Below are positions 12,101-55,789 of a stretch of DNA of 64,000 nt, piece after piece. The translations under genes and the position numbers were made by a program. Source of the stretch: Macrostomum lignano (taxonomy: Eukaryota); the NCBI GenBank assembly GCA_002269645.1, contig NIVC01003212.1:1-64000 (forward strand), given 5' to 3'. Every line of letters begins with the position of its first letter. Within the stretch, counting starts at the first letter, position 1. The notes under the pieces were generated by a model, which worked only from the letters and a program-made list of their open reading frames with translations, ran no database searches and was not told the origin of the DNA.

Positions 12101-13817
12101 CAGCGCTACCTGACTCCCAGGCAGTCGGACGTCACCAGGCTATTATTATTCGCTGCCCAGGCTTCGCACAGTATGGTTCCGCCTGACTGTCTCGAGCCCA
12201 TGGTTCGCACCATAGCTGACAACTTCGTGACTGATCGGGCCAGCGCCGAGGCTATCGCTGTTGGCCTGAACTCGATTAGAGAGATTTGCTCCAGGGCGCC
12301 CTACGCTGTCACCGAGGAGCTGCTTGGCGACCTTGTACAGTACAGATCCTATCGGGATAAGAATGTTAGCAGTGCGGCTAAGAGCTTGATCCAGCTGTAT
12401 AGGGAAGCTAATCCCGCTATGCTGCACAGGCGAGATCGGGGTCGGCCTACTGCCGCTCAGGTGAGCACAGTTCTCCTTTTTGGTGTACTTTGGCATCTAG
12501 TTAGTATCTAGGGTTCGCAGGAGTTATAAAGGTAGCTGAAATGACTATCATAAGTTTAGAAGCCAAGCTTGCAGGCGTAAACAACTTGCTAATTGGTTCA
12601 GCAATAATGTACATTAGTCAGTCCACTGAGATGTACATGGCAGCTTTAGGCTGGCATTATGAGAAAGGCAATAAAATTGGGGCGGGGCGGGAGCTAGAGT
12701 GGAAAGGCGCGGTTGGAGGGTTTAAGCTGGGGGCGGGGGAGTAAGAGCCAATAACTGAGCCTTGGCTTTAAAAATACATTAAAATGCTTCAGTTTAACTT
12801 ACTACTGAACTGAAAGTAGCTTACACGCAAATGTGCTGAGTGGCCCATCTTGCTCGTAGTTATTCTAGTATCTGGGGCCATAGCCGGTTTTCAGAGTTTC
12901 TAAAGCTGGTCATAACCGCTTGAACCGGTGCGCAACGCTATTAGGAAATTTGATTCAAATATTTTTATCTCACTACTACTCGCCAGTAAGCCATCTCTTA
13001 TGCTGTTTTTTTTATGCAGGCGGAAGCGGCGGCTACCAGCGGCTCCGCCCTCGCTCAGTTCGGCCAGTCGGACGTCAAGGACTACTTGCCCGGCGCCGAG
13101 ACCCTTGAACTCATGGATGGCGGCGAAGGCGGCAACGACGACGATGACTGGGGGGAAGAAGAAGAAGAAGAAGACAGCGACGATGGCAGCGGCGAGTGGG
13201 TGGACATTCCACAGTCGGATGACGAGGATGTTGCCAGCAAGACTGGCTCTGCTGCTGCTGGCGACGCAGCGGCGACCGCGTTGGACCCGACGGCGGCCCG
13301 ACTGCGCGCCCAGGCGGTGGCCACCTCCCGGATACTGTCGCAGCGGGATTTCAAACGGCTGGAACAGGCGCAGGCTTTGAAACGGATTCAAGCGACAACT
13401 TCGGGTAGGAAGCGGCGTCTGGCAGAAGCCGCCGCCGCCACCGCAGCCGCTGGCAAAGACAACAATAACGACGATAATGAGATCTCTATCTCGGCTGGCG
13501 ATTCCGGACACCCGTCCGGTCTGGCTCAACTGTCCGACATTACTCGTCTGGCTAAGCGTCCGAAAATGTCCCGCTTGGAACGAATGGAATCGGCCGCCGA
13601 AGGTCGGCGCAACGATCCGGACAGTAAAAAGTACGGCTTCCAGGTGCGCAGGATGAACCCGCACGCCAGTAGTACAAATGCGGAGAAGCGCAAATCAAAG
13701 GCCTTCTCAATGGTGAAGCACAAGGCCAGAGGCAAGACAGGCACTAGGAGCTTTCGAGACAAGCAGATCGCATTCAGGGACGCCCTGTTGAAACGGATGC
13801 GAAAGTCCAAGCGATAA
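6106..13817 (+). CDS. SDAD1: Protein SDA1 homolog (60S biogenesis); exons 6106-6177, 9083-9187, 9286-9384, 9535-9717, 10810-11259, 11993-12460, 13020-13817; 724 aa
   Basis: Six GT-AG phase-0 introns give a continuous ORF with SDA1 hallmark motifs: [88 protein letters not shown]. Confidence 0.97.
6661..6834. mobile_element. Foldback / MITE-like element (~170 bp) with ~60-bp imperfect inverted arms, in SDA1 intron 1
   Basis: Left arm 6678-6736 (aaccttgggaatcactcagctatttctattggcaacacacacatgtacgtcgctattgg) is the near reverse complement of right arm 6767-6825; outer tttgggca/tgcccaaa also pair. No TSD identified. Confidence 0.75.
9432..9476 (-). mobile_element. SINE core fragment in SDA1 intron 3
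   Basis: Reverse complement gcactgcctagcgacgagaagttcagggccactgctgtacaccctg matches the SINE core. Confidence 0.65.
9985..10735. repeat. Minisatellite, ~28-bp unit (cagatcctcagttgctgggccagcctcc), SDA1 intron 4; same family as 42213-43068
   Basis: About 25 visible units with variants. Confidence 0.95.
11279..11721. repeat. Minisatellite, 23-bp unit (gggtgtcagttgagtcactcttt), SDA1 intron 5
   Basis: About 19 visible units starting ~20 bp after the donor site. Confidence 0.95.
12534..12874 (+). mobile_element. Unclassified dispersed repeat, copy 1 (SDA1 intron 6)
   Basis: Colinear and highly similar to 51064-51348; this copy has an extra ~45-bp G-rich segment. Confidence 0.85.
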
Positions 13818-14149
13818 TATTATAAAGTTCATTTGGTACTTTTTATTCAAATGATATTTTGGGCATTTTCTCTCTGCGTCTCCCAGGCTCTTGAGCACTT
13901 TAATACCAGTTCTGATTGATGTATTGTAACCTGGTTGCTAATGGCTGGCTGTTTGGAAAAATAAAAACTTATTTCTGATACGACGAGTGAAGTCGTTTCT
14001 GTAATTTTTGGATTTAAATCTTTGTTTAGCCTTTGATCTCTTGTGACTTTTCTTTTTACTGTATGTATAAATTATCTGTTGTTGTTGTTGATGTGTAGTG
14101 TCTTTTACATACGTCTTTAGATTAGACTTGCTCTTTCCCTTATTCATAA

Positions 14150-15361
14150 TCCCCTTGTGTACCCCTGCCACTCCACCCACAATCCCCTTGTGCACCCCTT
14201 CCACTCCACCCACAATCCCCTTGTGCACCCCTGCCACTCCACCCAATATCCCCTTGTGTACCCCTGCCACTCCACCCACAATCCCCTTGTGCACCCCTTC
14301 CACTCCACCCAATATCCCCTTGTGTACCCCTGCCACTCCACCCACAATCCCCTTGTGTACCCCTGCCACTGCACCCACAATCCCCTTGTGTACCCCTGCC
14401 ACTCCACCCACAATCCCCTTGTGTACCCCTGCCACTCCACACACAATCCCCTTGTGTACCCCTGCCACTCCACCCACAATCCCCTTGTGTACCCCTTCCA
14501 CTCCACCCACAATCCCCTTGTGCACCCCTGCCACTGCACCCACAATCCCCTTGTGCACCCCTGCCACTGCACCCACAATCCCCTTGTGTACCCCTGCCAC
14601 TGCACCCACAATCCCCTTGTGTACCCCTGCCACTGCACCCACAATCCCCTTGTGTACCCCTGCCACTGCACCCACAGTCCCCTTGTGCACCCCTGCCACT
14701 CCACCCACAATCCCCTTGTGCACCCCTGCCACTGCACCCACAATCCCCTTGTGCACCCCTGCCACTGCACCCACAATCCCCTTGTGTACCCCTGCCACTG
14801 CACCCACAATCCCCTTGTGTACCCCTGCCACTGCACCCACAGGCCCCTTGTGCACCCCTGCCACTCCACCCACAATCCCCTTGTGCACCCCTGCCACTGC
14901 ACCCACAATCCCCTTGTGTACCCCTGCCACTCCACCCACAATCCCCTTGTGTACCCCTGCCACTGCACCCACAGGCCCCTTGTGCACCCCTGCCACTGCA
15001 CCCACAATCCCCTTGTGTACCCCTGCCACTGCACCCACAGGCCCCTTGTGCACCCCTGCCACTGCACCCACAGGCCCCTTGTGCACCCCTGCCACTGCAC
15101 CCACAATCCCCTTGTGTACCCCTGCCACTGCACCCACAATCCCCTTGTGCACCCCTGCCACTGCACCCACAATCCCCTTGTGTACCCCTGCCACTCCACC
15201 CACAATCCCCTTGTGTACCACTGCCACTGCACCCACAGGCCCCTTGTGCACCCCTGCCACTGCACCCACAATCCCCTTGTGTACCCCTGCCACTGCACCC
15301 ACAGGCCCCTTGTGCACCCCTGCCACTGCACCCACAGTCCCCTTGTGTATCCCTGCCACTC
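14150..15361. repeat. Minisatellite, 33-bp unit (ccacaatccccttgtgtacccctgccactgcac), ~37 copies
   Basis: Directly visible; explains the 400-480-aa repetitive ORFs in the track. Confidence 0.97.
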
Positions 15362-15700
15362 CATCCGCAGTATCTCCCAAGCGCCGCCCCATCTAAGCTT
15401 TCGTAAGTAAGTAATAAAATGACCTTAAATGTGCCTTTGCTTCAAACAACTAGCTGTTGTGTTTCAGGCATGCTTGTAAATACAAACTTGGGCACGCCGG
15501 ACTTGTGTCGCAGTGCCTATAAAACTAAGGATTGGCTAGCATAATCACACTAAGAAGATTTCAACCCAAATAAATGGCGCAGGACAGCTTTCGCCATTCG
15601 CCGTTCGTCGAGTCTGACTCGCATATCGCCGGTTCGAATCCTGTTTTTAGTGACGCTTCGGAAAATAATAGTGAGTCATATCGCCCTTTGTCACTTGCGT

Positions 15701-15978
15701 GGGTTGCTGGGTAATTCAAGTGGGTTGCTGGGTCATTCGAGTGTGTTGCTGGGTTCTTTAAATGAGTTGCTGGGTAATTCAAATGGGTTGCTGGGTCATT
15801 CAAGTGTGTTGCTGGGTCTTTCAAATGAGTTGCTGGGTCCTTCAAGTGGGTTGCTGGGTCCTTCAAGTGGGTTGCTGGGTCCTTCAAGTGGGTTGCTGGG
15901 TCCTTCAAGTGGGTTGCTGGGTCCTTCAAGTGGATTGCTGGGTCCTTCAAGTGGGTTGCTGGGTCATTCAAGTGGGTT
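15701..15978. repeat. Minisatellite, 21-bp unit (gggttgctgggtccttcaagt)
   Basis: About 13 visible units. Confidence 0.95.
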
Positions 15979-16776
15979 ACCTAATTATTCAGCGTTGCTG
16001 TTTCTTCATGGGGCTTCTTATTTTCATTGAGTCACTGAGTCTCAGTTTTTTTTCAGGTACTCTTTGCTTAGAGCGTCAATATTACTGGCCCCCATTTATG
16101 AGCCGTATTGTAATCTAATGATTTCAACAGGCCAATCTGTCCTATTTTATTACATCTGCGCTCTATTTCCACCGGAATAACAAACTAGAAATTGCTAGCA
16201 CCCTACTCATAGTACTAGTGCAAGCATATGAATGCGTTGGAGAAGAAGAAGGTTTCAAATAACAATTGAGTAGCAGAAGCACCCTGAGGTTCATCTGCTA
16301 GGATTTTCTTGAATTCAATCTATATATTCTATGCCTGTGTTTTTTGTTTCTTTTAATTGCATTTTCTTGTCTTCTTTTGCTATTCTAAGCCTACAGCTTA
16401 CGATGAAGCAGATATTTGATAGCACGCCTGTCTCGCTGCGCAGTTTCTGATAAGCAACGGCAACCCCGCATTCCGCAGCTGGTCGCCTGCCAGTCCCCAG
16501 GATTAAGCTTGATCGACTTTGGCTCTCTCTCTCTCTCTCTCGCCTCGGCGCTGTAATCCATTCCTTGAGCACCCGGCCTAGCCCAGGACTGAAGGACTAT
16601 ATCCCAGCTGTCTAAACCTCAGCTCTCACTGTCTTACTCTCCATCAGCCAGCCACCTAGCTGAAGTCCAATTTGTTTGACAGTTCGTTCGAGATGCGGGA
16701 GAAAAAGAGACAGACGGGCGCGGCCAGATTTGAGCAGAACTACTCACTTTGCGGGATAAGCAGATCCCCTCTCTAG

Positions 16777-16777
<1 letters not shown>

Positions 16778-16826
<49 letters not shown>
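16778..16826. repeat. (GT)n microsatellite
   Basis: Visible. Confidence 0.98.
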
Positions 16827-16827
<1 letters not shown>

Positions 16828-17372
16828 GCTGAGTCGATTCCCTAAAAATCCTCATTTCATTTCGATCCCCTAGCCTGCGGACCAATCGTATAGCATCCCT
16901 AGCTGTCCCCCGCCCCCCTACCCACACCTCCATGGCCAGGATCCTCTCTGATCCCGAATTTGTTTCATGAACCCCTTTCTTCCCACCTCATCTGGTTTTT
17001 ATTTTTTGCAACTACCGTAGCGCTAGCCTGGCCTGAGATCGCATAGGTTTCTACCCCCCCCCCGTTCTCTCCTTTGCAATCAACCAAGCGAAATAGGAAA
17101 CAGATACGCGCAGATACAGAAAGCAGGCGCTGTGAGAAGGGAGAAAAATCCCTTACTAACTAACAACTGAAGGCGCAGAGAGCGCGCTCGCGCAAGAAAA
17201 GATTGCGTATATGTTAGAAAGAAATACAGACACACACACGGGGAGAGACACGCGCTCAATACTTAATCATCGAATCCTGGGTGTTTCCTCCTAGTGTATT
17301 TATTCTGCTACTAGAAGACGCACGAGTATAGGCGGCAGACAAGACAGAGATATACAAATAATAGCAGCACCG

Positions 17373-49296
<31,924 letters not shown>

Positions 49297-49899
49297 TTCG
49301 TGTTGGATTTTGCTTATTAATTTTACTACAAAATAGTTGTCACAAATTTTTGCCAGCTTGTTTTTATATACAGTAGGCACATTTGCTATTCTTACTACTC
49401 ATTGCGTTTCTGAAAGTAGTCTGTTACGCATCTATTAGCGTGTTGTTCAGTTGTGATAGATTTGATTGCAAATAAATGCACTTCCTAAGATACTCATTCC
49501 CCATTTTGTAATCAAACTAAATTAATATATTGTCTATGTATGCCTACTACTGTCACTGTTTGCGAGTAGTATGTATGGTGTAGTGTCTGTGTTTTTTTGC
49601 AAACCTGTTCATTGTCTGCCTATCGATATGTCTCATTAACTTTGTCGTCATTCACCTGTATAAATATACTTTGCAATACGAGTTAGCTAGGAATATTTTT
49701 GTTTAGGGACCAGCATATTGTTGTTTGAATTCGGTCTGTCTTGAGTACAAATTAATGAGCAGAATTCAATGTTGAATAGTCTCACAATTGAAGGCAATCA
49801 TAATTGAAGATCGTCTATCCACTCTATAATTAGTTAGGATCCGAGATTCCCGCCTATCAACTTATTTTACCGGTATACTATGCCTTTACAATTGCCAAT

Positions 49900-50275
49900 A
49901 ATTTCCCCCATTCCCTATTCCCCAGATTCCAAATCCCACATTGTCGGATCCGGATATCCCGATTCCCAAAATCCTCACTCCCTATTCTCCGAATCCTCAT
50001 TTCCCAATTCCCCTTTTCCCACGTCCCCATTTCCCATTTTCCAATTTTCCAATTCCCCATTTCCCGATTCTTTTTTTCCAATTCCCCATCTCCCGATTCC
50101 CCATTTCCCAATTTCCCATTTCCCAATTCCCAATCTCCCAAATCCCCATTTTCCAATTCCCCATTTCCCGATTCTTTTTTTCCAATTCCCCATCTCCCGA
50201 TTCCCCATTTCCCAATTTCCCATTTCCCAATTCCCAATCTCCCAAATCCCCATTTTCCAATTCCCCATTTCCCGT
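49900..50275. repeat. Degenerate ~15-bp repeat (ttccccatttcccaa)
   Basis: Visible; includes a ~90-bp internal duplication. Confidence 0.88.
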
Positions 50276-51063
50276 CGGTAATTTCAATTCTTCAAGTCTG
50301 CATTGCCTGATTAGTAACAGGCTCAAGTGACCCACTCTATTATGGTGCATTCAGTGATACTATGATTCCCTGTAAAAAGCATTGTTTAAATAAGAGTTAC
50401 TGTATCACAAGTGCTCAAAAATATATGATATATGAAATATGAAGCTACTGATAAGTAGTGTAAATCATACTCTATTCACTATCTGATGAGCAAAGCAATA
50501 AATTACTTATAAAGCCGCTTCGCTGATGCTTGCTAGATTAATATTTCTATCCTGTAACTCTCAAGATAATTAATTTATATTTAACACCAGAAAACGCATA
50601 TCATACTACTAACTGTCCCAGACACCAGTAGCATATTTATCGCCAACAGAGTTTTCTCCACATTCCAATTTTTAAGCTCCTTTTTTGTTTTCTAATTGGG
50701 CACAACGTTGCTTCATGGTATCGTGTACACATTGCTAGTGATATATTGTCACCTTCCTGTGGTACTTTTAGTAGCTTTTGCGTACATTTTGCGCTTGAAA
50801 TCATATTATTTCTTTGTCTAAGAATTATTTATTTTAATAATAAGAATTGTTCCACTTTATTTAGCTCTTACTGCTACTAAAAAGTAGTGCTTGAATGTGT
50901 CTGTTTAGTTATTGGTTAGTAAAACTGCGTATTTAGCTTCAGAGCACAGATGTAAAATAACTAGGATGGGCCACTCAGGCATTTATATACTTAGTAAAAC
51001 AGCTTTCTACTTTCAGTTCAGTAGCAACGAAGAATAAAAAAGCTATTTTATAAAAATAAAGAC

Positions 51064-51348
51064 AGCTGAAATGACTTTGATAAGTTTAGAAGCCAAAGCT
51101 TGCAGGCGTAAACAACTTGCTAATTGGTTCAGCCATAATGTACATTAGCCAGTCCACTGAAATGTACATGGCAGCCTTAGTCTGGAATTCCGAGAAAGGC
51201 AATAAAAATTGGGGGGCTGGGGTAAGAGCGAATAGATGAGCCTTGGATTTAAAAATACACTAAAACGCTTCAGTTTAACTTACTACTGAACTGAAAGTAG
51301 CTTGCACGCAAATGTGCTGAGTGGCCCATCTAGTTATTCTAGTATCTG
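51064..51348 (+). mobile_element. Unclassified dispersed repeat, copy 2
   Basis: Colinear with 12534-12874. Confidence 0.85.
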
Positions 51349-51482
51349 TGCTTCAGAGTTAAGACTATCAGATATTGACGAGTCGTAAATCCTCCCACGC
51401 CTGGCAGCGCTGACGGCAATTCTGGCCATTACGCTGACTGCTGAGCACATTAAAGCGTGCCAATACTGTACGCAGGTGCGCA

Positions 51483-51518
51483 CTCGTACACACGCTCACA
51501 CAGCCTTGGGGGTTGGCT
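51483..51518 (-). mobile_element. SINE core fragment (internally deleted)
   Basis: Reverse complement gccaacccccaaggctgtgtgagcgtgtgtacgag joins two parts of the SINE core. Confidence 0.55.
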
Positions 51519-51989
51519 TTTCATGGCTGTGAATCAAGCTGTGTGGGTTAGGGCGGCACGTTAGCATAGAGAAGGAATTTAAAGCCGATAATTCTATTAT
51601 TGCCATATGATATCTAGTGCCCTAGTGCTCACAGTTCTTTCCTTTGCATTCAGCGTCTGTGTTTCGGTCAATTGTGTCGCGTTCCTTTATTGTTGCACCA
51701 TGTTTTTGCTTTGTCGGCTTTTATTGGCTGTTTTGTGTGCGTGTTTTTTGTCAGCTTTCTTTAACTAAGTGGCTTTTAAAGACTTTTCACGTATCCGTAT
51801 AAAATATATGGCCAAGTCTAATAGAGAATGCGCTAGTGATTGCCTTCCGCTGATCACGGACGCTTAAGGTGGACTTATTTTTTTATAATTAAAATAGTCT
51901 TTTAAGTACTCGTAGTTTACCAACAGTTTTTATTATAAATCTAGCAGCACTAGGAACAGTCCAAAGATCATATATAAGATCTATGGAAC

Positions 51990-52004
51990 AGTCTGTCTGT
52001 GTCT

Positions 52005-52045
<41 letters not shown>

Positions 52046-52066
52046 CTGTCTGTCCGTCTGTCTGAC

Positions 52067-52103
<37 letters not shown>

Positions 52104-52106
52104 GCC

Positions 52107-52177
<71 letters not shown>

Positions 52178-52200
52178 GTCTGTCTGTCTGTCTGTCTGTC

Positions 52201-52245
<45 letters not shown>

Positions 52246-52249
52246 GTCT

Positions 52250-52290
<41 letters not shown>

Positions 52291-52300
52291 CTGTCTGTCC

Positions 52301-52344
<44 letters not shown>

Positions 52345-52347
52345 GCC

Positions 52348-52394
<47 letters not shown>

Positions 52395-52417
52395 GTCTGT
52401 CTGTCTGTCTGTCTGTC

Positions 52418-52490
<73 letters not shown>

Positions 52491-52537
52491 GTCTGTCCGT
52501 CTGTCTGTCTGTCTGTCTGCCTGTCTGTCTGTCTGTC

Positions 52538-52576
<39 letters not shown>

Positions 52577-52579
52577 TAG

Positions 52580-52632
<53 letters not shown>

Positions 52633-52647
52633 GACTGTCTGTCTGTC
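51990..52647. repeat. (CTGT)n microsatellite, ~660 bp
   Basis: Visible. Confidence 0.97.
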
Positions 52648-52793
52648 TCACTTGTACACTTCAAATAAGTTCCTGGGGTATTTATTGATTTTATACAGTT
52701 TCAATATTCTCGTACATGAGGTCGCAGTTAGTTAATCAGCATTGTCACTGGATATTTGAATGTGACTGGTGTCTAATATTCCCAATGAAACAG

Positions 52794-54316
52794 ATGACAT
52801 CTTCAGCCAACCTGGACAGCCCCTACCTGGCAGTGATTGACACCTGCCAGCAGGGAAACGAGCCATCCGGCAGCTACCTGGAGAACACCATTGGCGGCCG
52901 CCTACGCCTGCCCAGACGTCTGGCCACCCGGTTCAACGCGTCAACGGTGGCCACCTGCGGCCGGTGCGGCCAGCCGATGTTCAATCTGATGCAGCTGAGC
53001 TGCCCGCTGTTCGGCCTGAGCTCGCACCGGCTGTTGTACTTTTTGATTTGCTCGAATAGCGCCTGTCTGTCTGATGGCGCTTCACCTTTGCGCTGTCTGA
53101 GAGTTCAGTTTGCCTTGGACATCGGCGAACCGCAGAGGTGAGTTGCCAATGAAATTTGAGTAATGTTCTGTGCATGAGAGCAAGTTGAATAGATTTTTCA
53201 TGTGTCTCATTGTACGTTAAATTTATATTATGTACATCAAACGAAATCATTTACATCAAATATATACACAGACAGACAAAGACACTGAGACAGACATCAC
53301 ATATATTTGATGTACATTATGCTTTGGATGTAAATGGTGCATTCAATGTACATGATACATGAAACATCATGTAGATCGAACGCATCATGTACATCAAATG
53401 TATCCTGTACATTAAATTTATCATTTATATCAATGTATTATTTACATAAAATGTACCATGTACATCAAATGTATCATGTACATCAAATTTATCTTGCACA
53501 TCAAATGTATCATGTACATCAAGTAAATCATGTACATCAAACAAATCTGTCCATGGCGCATCCACCTGCAGGTCGAGTTCAACTAATCTGACTTCGGCTA
53601 ATGCTACTGCAACAGCTGCCCCATCAGCTGGCTACACCGATTGGGGCGGCGACGAGGCCGACGATTGGGGCGACGGAGAAACGACAGATGCCGCAGTCGA
53701 TGAACTGCAACCACCGGCAATGGAGATGGAAGAATTGGAAGCTGAGGCAGCTGATGAAGCAGCCGAGACGCTGGAACTAACCGAGCTGGCATCCCTGGAC
53801 AGTCCATGCCGCCATCTGGCCGTATTTGATGAGGCCGAGCTTGCCGCAGCGGGCCAGCCGATGTCGGAATCTGGCAGCTCCAGTCAGTCATTTGCTGTTG
53901 TCGGTAACGGCGACAGTAGCGTTGTTGCAGACGACAACGGCGAGGACGAGCAAGGCCAGGCGCTCACCCGACTGGAGCAGAAGTTCTACGATCGGCTGGC
54001 CCGGTGCCCCGGCCAGCTGCTGCGCTACCAATGGTCCGGTCGGCCTCTGCTGGTTGCTCCCATGGATTCTGCTGCCGTGTCCGACTGCCGGCTGTGCGGC
54101 GCCGCCAGATGCTTTGAGTTGCAGCTGATGCCCGGCCTGCTGACTGCTCTGCCGAGCTGCATAGCTGAGCATCTGGATCTGGCCACCGCTCTGGTGTACA
54201 CCTGCTCAGCTGCCTGCGAGCCGCCTGCCGGCGAGGATCGCGGGTTTGCGGAGGAGACTGTACTGATTCAACGGGAACTGCCTCCGACTGGGCGGCCGGG
54301 TGTGACTTGCGATTAG
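52794..54316 (+). CDS. PDCD2L: Programmed cell death protein 2-like (uS5/RPS2 chaperone family); exons 52794-53137, 53572-54316; ~362 aa
   Basis: Phase-2 GT-AG intron. N-terminal IGG..CGRCGQPM..QLSCPL..HRLLYFLIC, central DW GGDEADDWG, and PDCD2_C domain QLLRYQWSGRPL..C.LCG..RCFELQLMPGL..LVYTC..C. No MYND finger, which fits PDCD2L rather than PDCD2. An alternative in-frame ATG lies at 52785. Confidence 0.92.
53300..53540. repeat. Degenerate atgtacatcaa repeat, PDCD2L intron
   Basis: Recurrent tgtacat units. Confidence 0.8.
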
Positions 54317-54812
54317 AACCAAAATCAAAATCTGCCGATAATTAAGCCATTGTGTGTGTAATTTCCATTTCTGATGCGATTAAGGCATAAAAATACTGCG
54401 CAACTATGTGCGTTACAGGCTACTGTCTCGTGAATATTCACAAGTAGCCAAGTAGCGAATTTTTCATACTTGAAATTAATTAAGTACTCGTAGTCTTTTT
54501 TCTGTCTTAATTTTCGGTTTGAAAACCACTACTTGGCTACTCTCTTTTTATTCACCAAAATAGTAGTCAAAATATCAGACAGGAGCATGTTCTGTTAGCT
54601 ATTGTTACGCTGTTAACTACTAATCACGTGTGCCTCTTATAAGCATTTGTGCTGAAAAAATGTATAAAATATGAATAAGAAAATATGGTTTACTTGTTTT
54701 TTTGACTTATGTTTATTTATACATACATAACGATTTCTGTAACAAAAAAGTACAAAAAATGAAATGGGTTCTTTATATTTTATAGTGTAAGCATTAATCG
54801 TTGGCTTGATAG

Positions 54813-55010
54813 CTTCCTTAGTAACGATCTTTTTGTTTCATGACTTCCTTAGCAACGGGCTCTAGATTCAGGGCTTCCTTAGTAACTGGCTTTAAGCTTC
54901 ATGGATTCATTAGCAACGGGTTTTAAGCTTCGTGGCTTCCTTAGCAACGGGGTTTAAGCTTAATGGCTTCCTTAGCAACGGACTCTAAGCTTCATGGCTT
55001 TCTTATCAAC
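54813..55010. repeat. ~31-bp tandem repeat, 7 units, each carrying cttccttagYaac (RFX X-box-like)
   Basis: Motifs at 54813, 54844, 54874, 54905, 54936, 54967, 54998. Confidence 0.85.
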
Positions 55011-55015
55011 AGGCT

Positions 55016-55050
<35 letters not shown>

Positions 55051-55136
55051 ACTATTCATCCATCTATTTAAGTCCATCCTTTCTGTACAGGGAAAGTTTT
55101 TTTAAGTCACAACCAATCTGTCAATTCAATTCAGAC

Positions 55137-55529
55137 ATGACAGGCCACGCCGATGGCTGCTGGGGCCACGGCAGCTGGGAAGGCACTGATGACAATCAAC
55201 ATGAGCAGAGTAATTATAAAGAGGAACAGCTGCAGCAGCTGCAGCAGCAGCAGCAGCAGCCTGAAGAAGTCAGTCCGCGGCCACCTCAGCGCGTGTACCG
55301 TCAAAACCGCATGGGCCGCCTGCTGACCCAGTCGCAACAGCGGCTGCGATCTGTGCAATCGAGAAAACGCCACAGCTTCAGCTCCGACAATGACGCAACA
55401 GAAGTCGGCGTGGACGTCTGTAACGGGAAGCGGGTCCGACTAACGGAGCTGCATTGTCATCAGCATACTACTAATAGTAGCCCTGCTGTTGCAATGGAAA
55501 CTGAGAACGCGAAACTGAAGTCTTCGTAG
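55137..55529 (+). CDS. Orphan ORF or terminal exon, ~130 aa, Q-rich with basic NLS-like patches
   Basis: GC-rich island with the same poly-CAG style as neighbouring exons, preceded by acceptor ttcaattcag (55134). No recognisable homology. Confidence 0.5.
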   Translation: MTGHADGCWGHGSWEGTDDNQHEQSNYKEEQLQQLQQQQQQPEEVSPRPPQRVYRQNRMGRLLTQSQQRLRSVQSRKRHSFSSDNDATEVGVDVCNGKRVRLTELHCHQHTTNSSPAVAMETENAKLKSS

Positions 55530-55789
55530 CTATGGTTACGGTATTTTGTAACTAGCTAAATTTTTCAATAAACTTAATTATGGGAGAAAATTCAGCTGGA
55601 TTAGAGCTAGCAGGAAAATATTTTCTTTGAATTAGGAGTAATTTTGTTTGCTGCATTCGAAATTCCACTAAATTCGTGCGTTTTATTAAATCAATTATGG
55701 ACTGGACTTTTTATATAAAAATTTTATCTAAGCATTTTTATCATTATTGCTGTAATTATCAGGTACAAGGTTTGCCTGTCGCGTATGGG

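Noticed and set aside
13938-15410. Four 400-480-aa ORFs (VAGVHKGIVGA, PTIPLCTPATA etc.)
   Set aside because: Translations of a 33-bp minisatellite that lacks stops in those frames; no unique coding flanks or splice evidence.
53612-53613. caacag acceptor for PDCD2L exon 2
   Set aside because: Wrong phase; the upstream ctgcag (53571) restores the frame.
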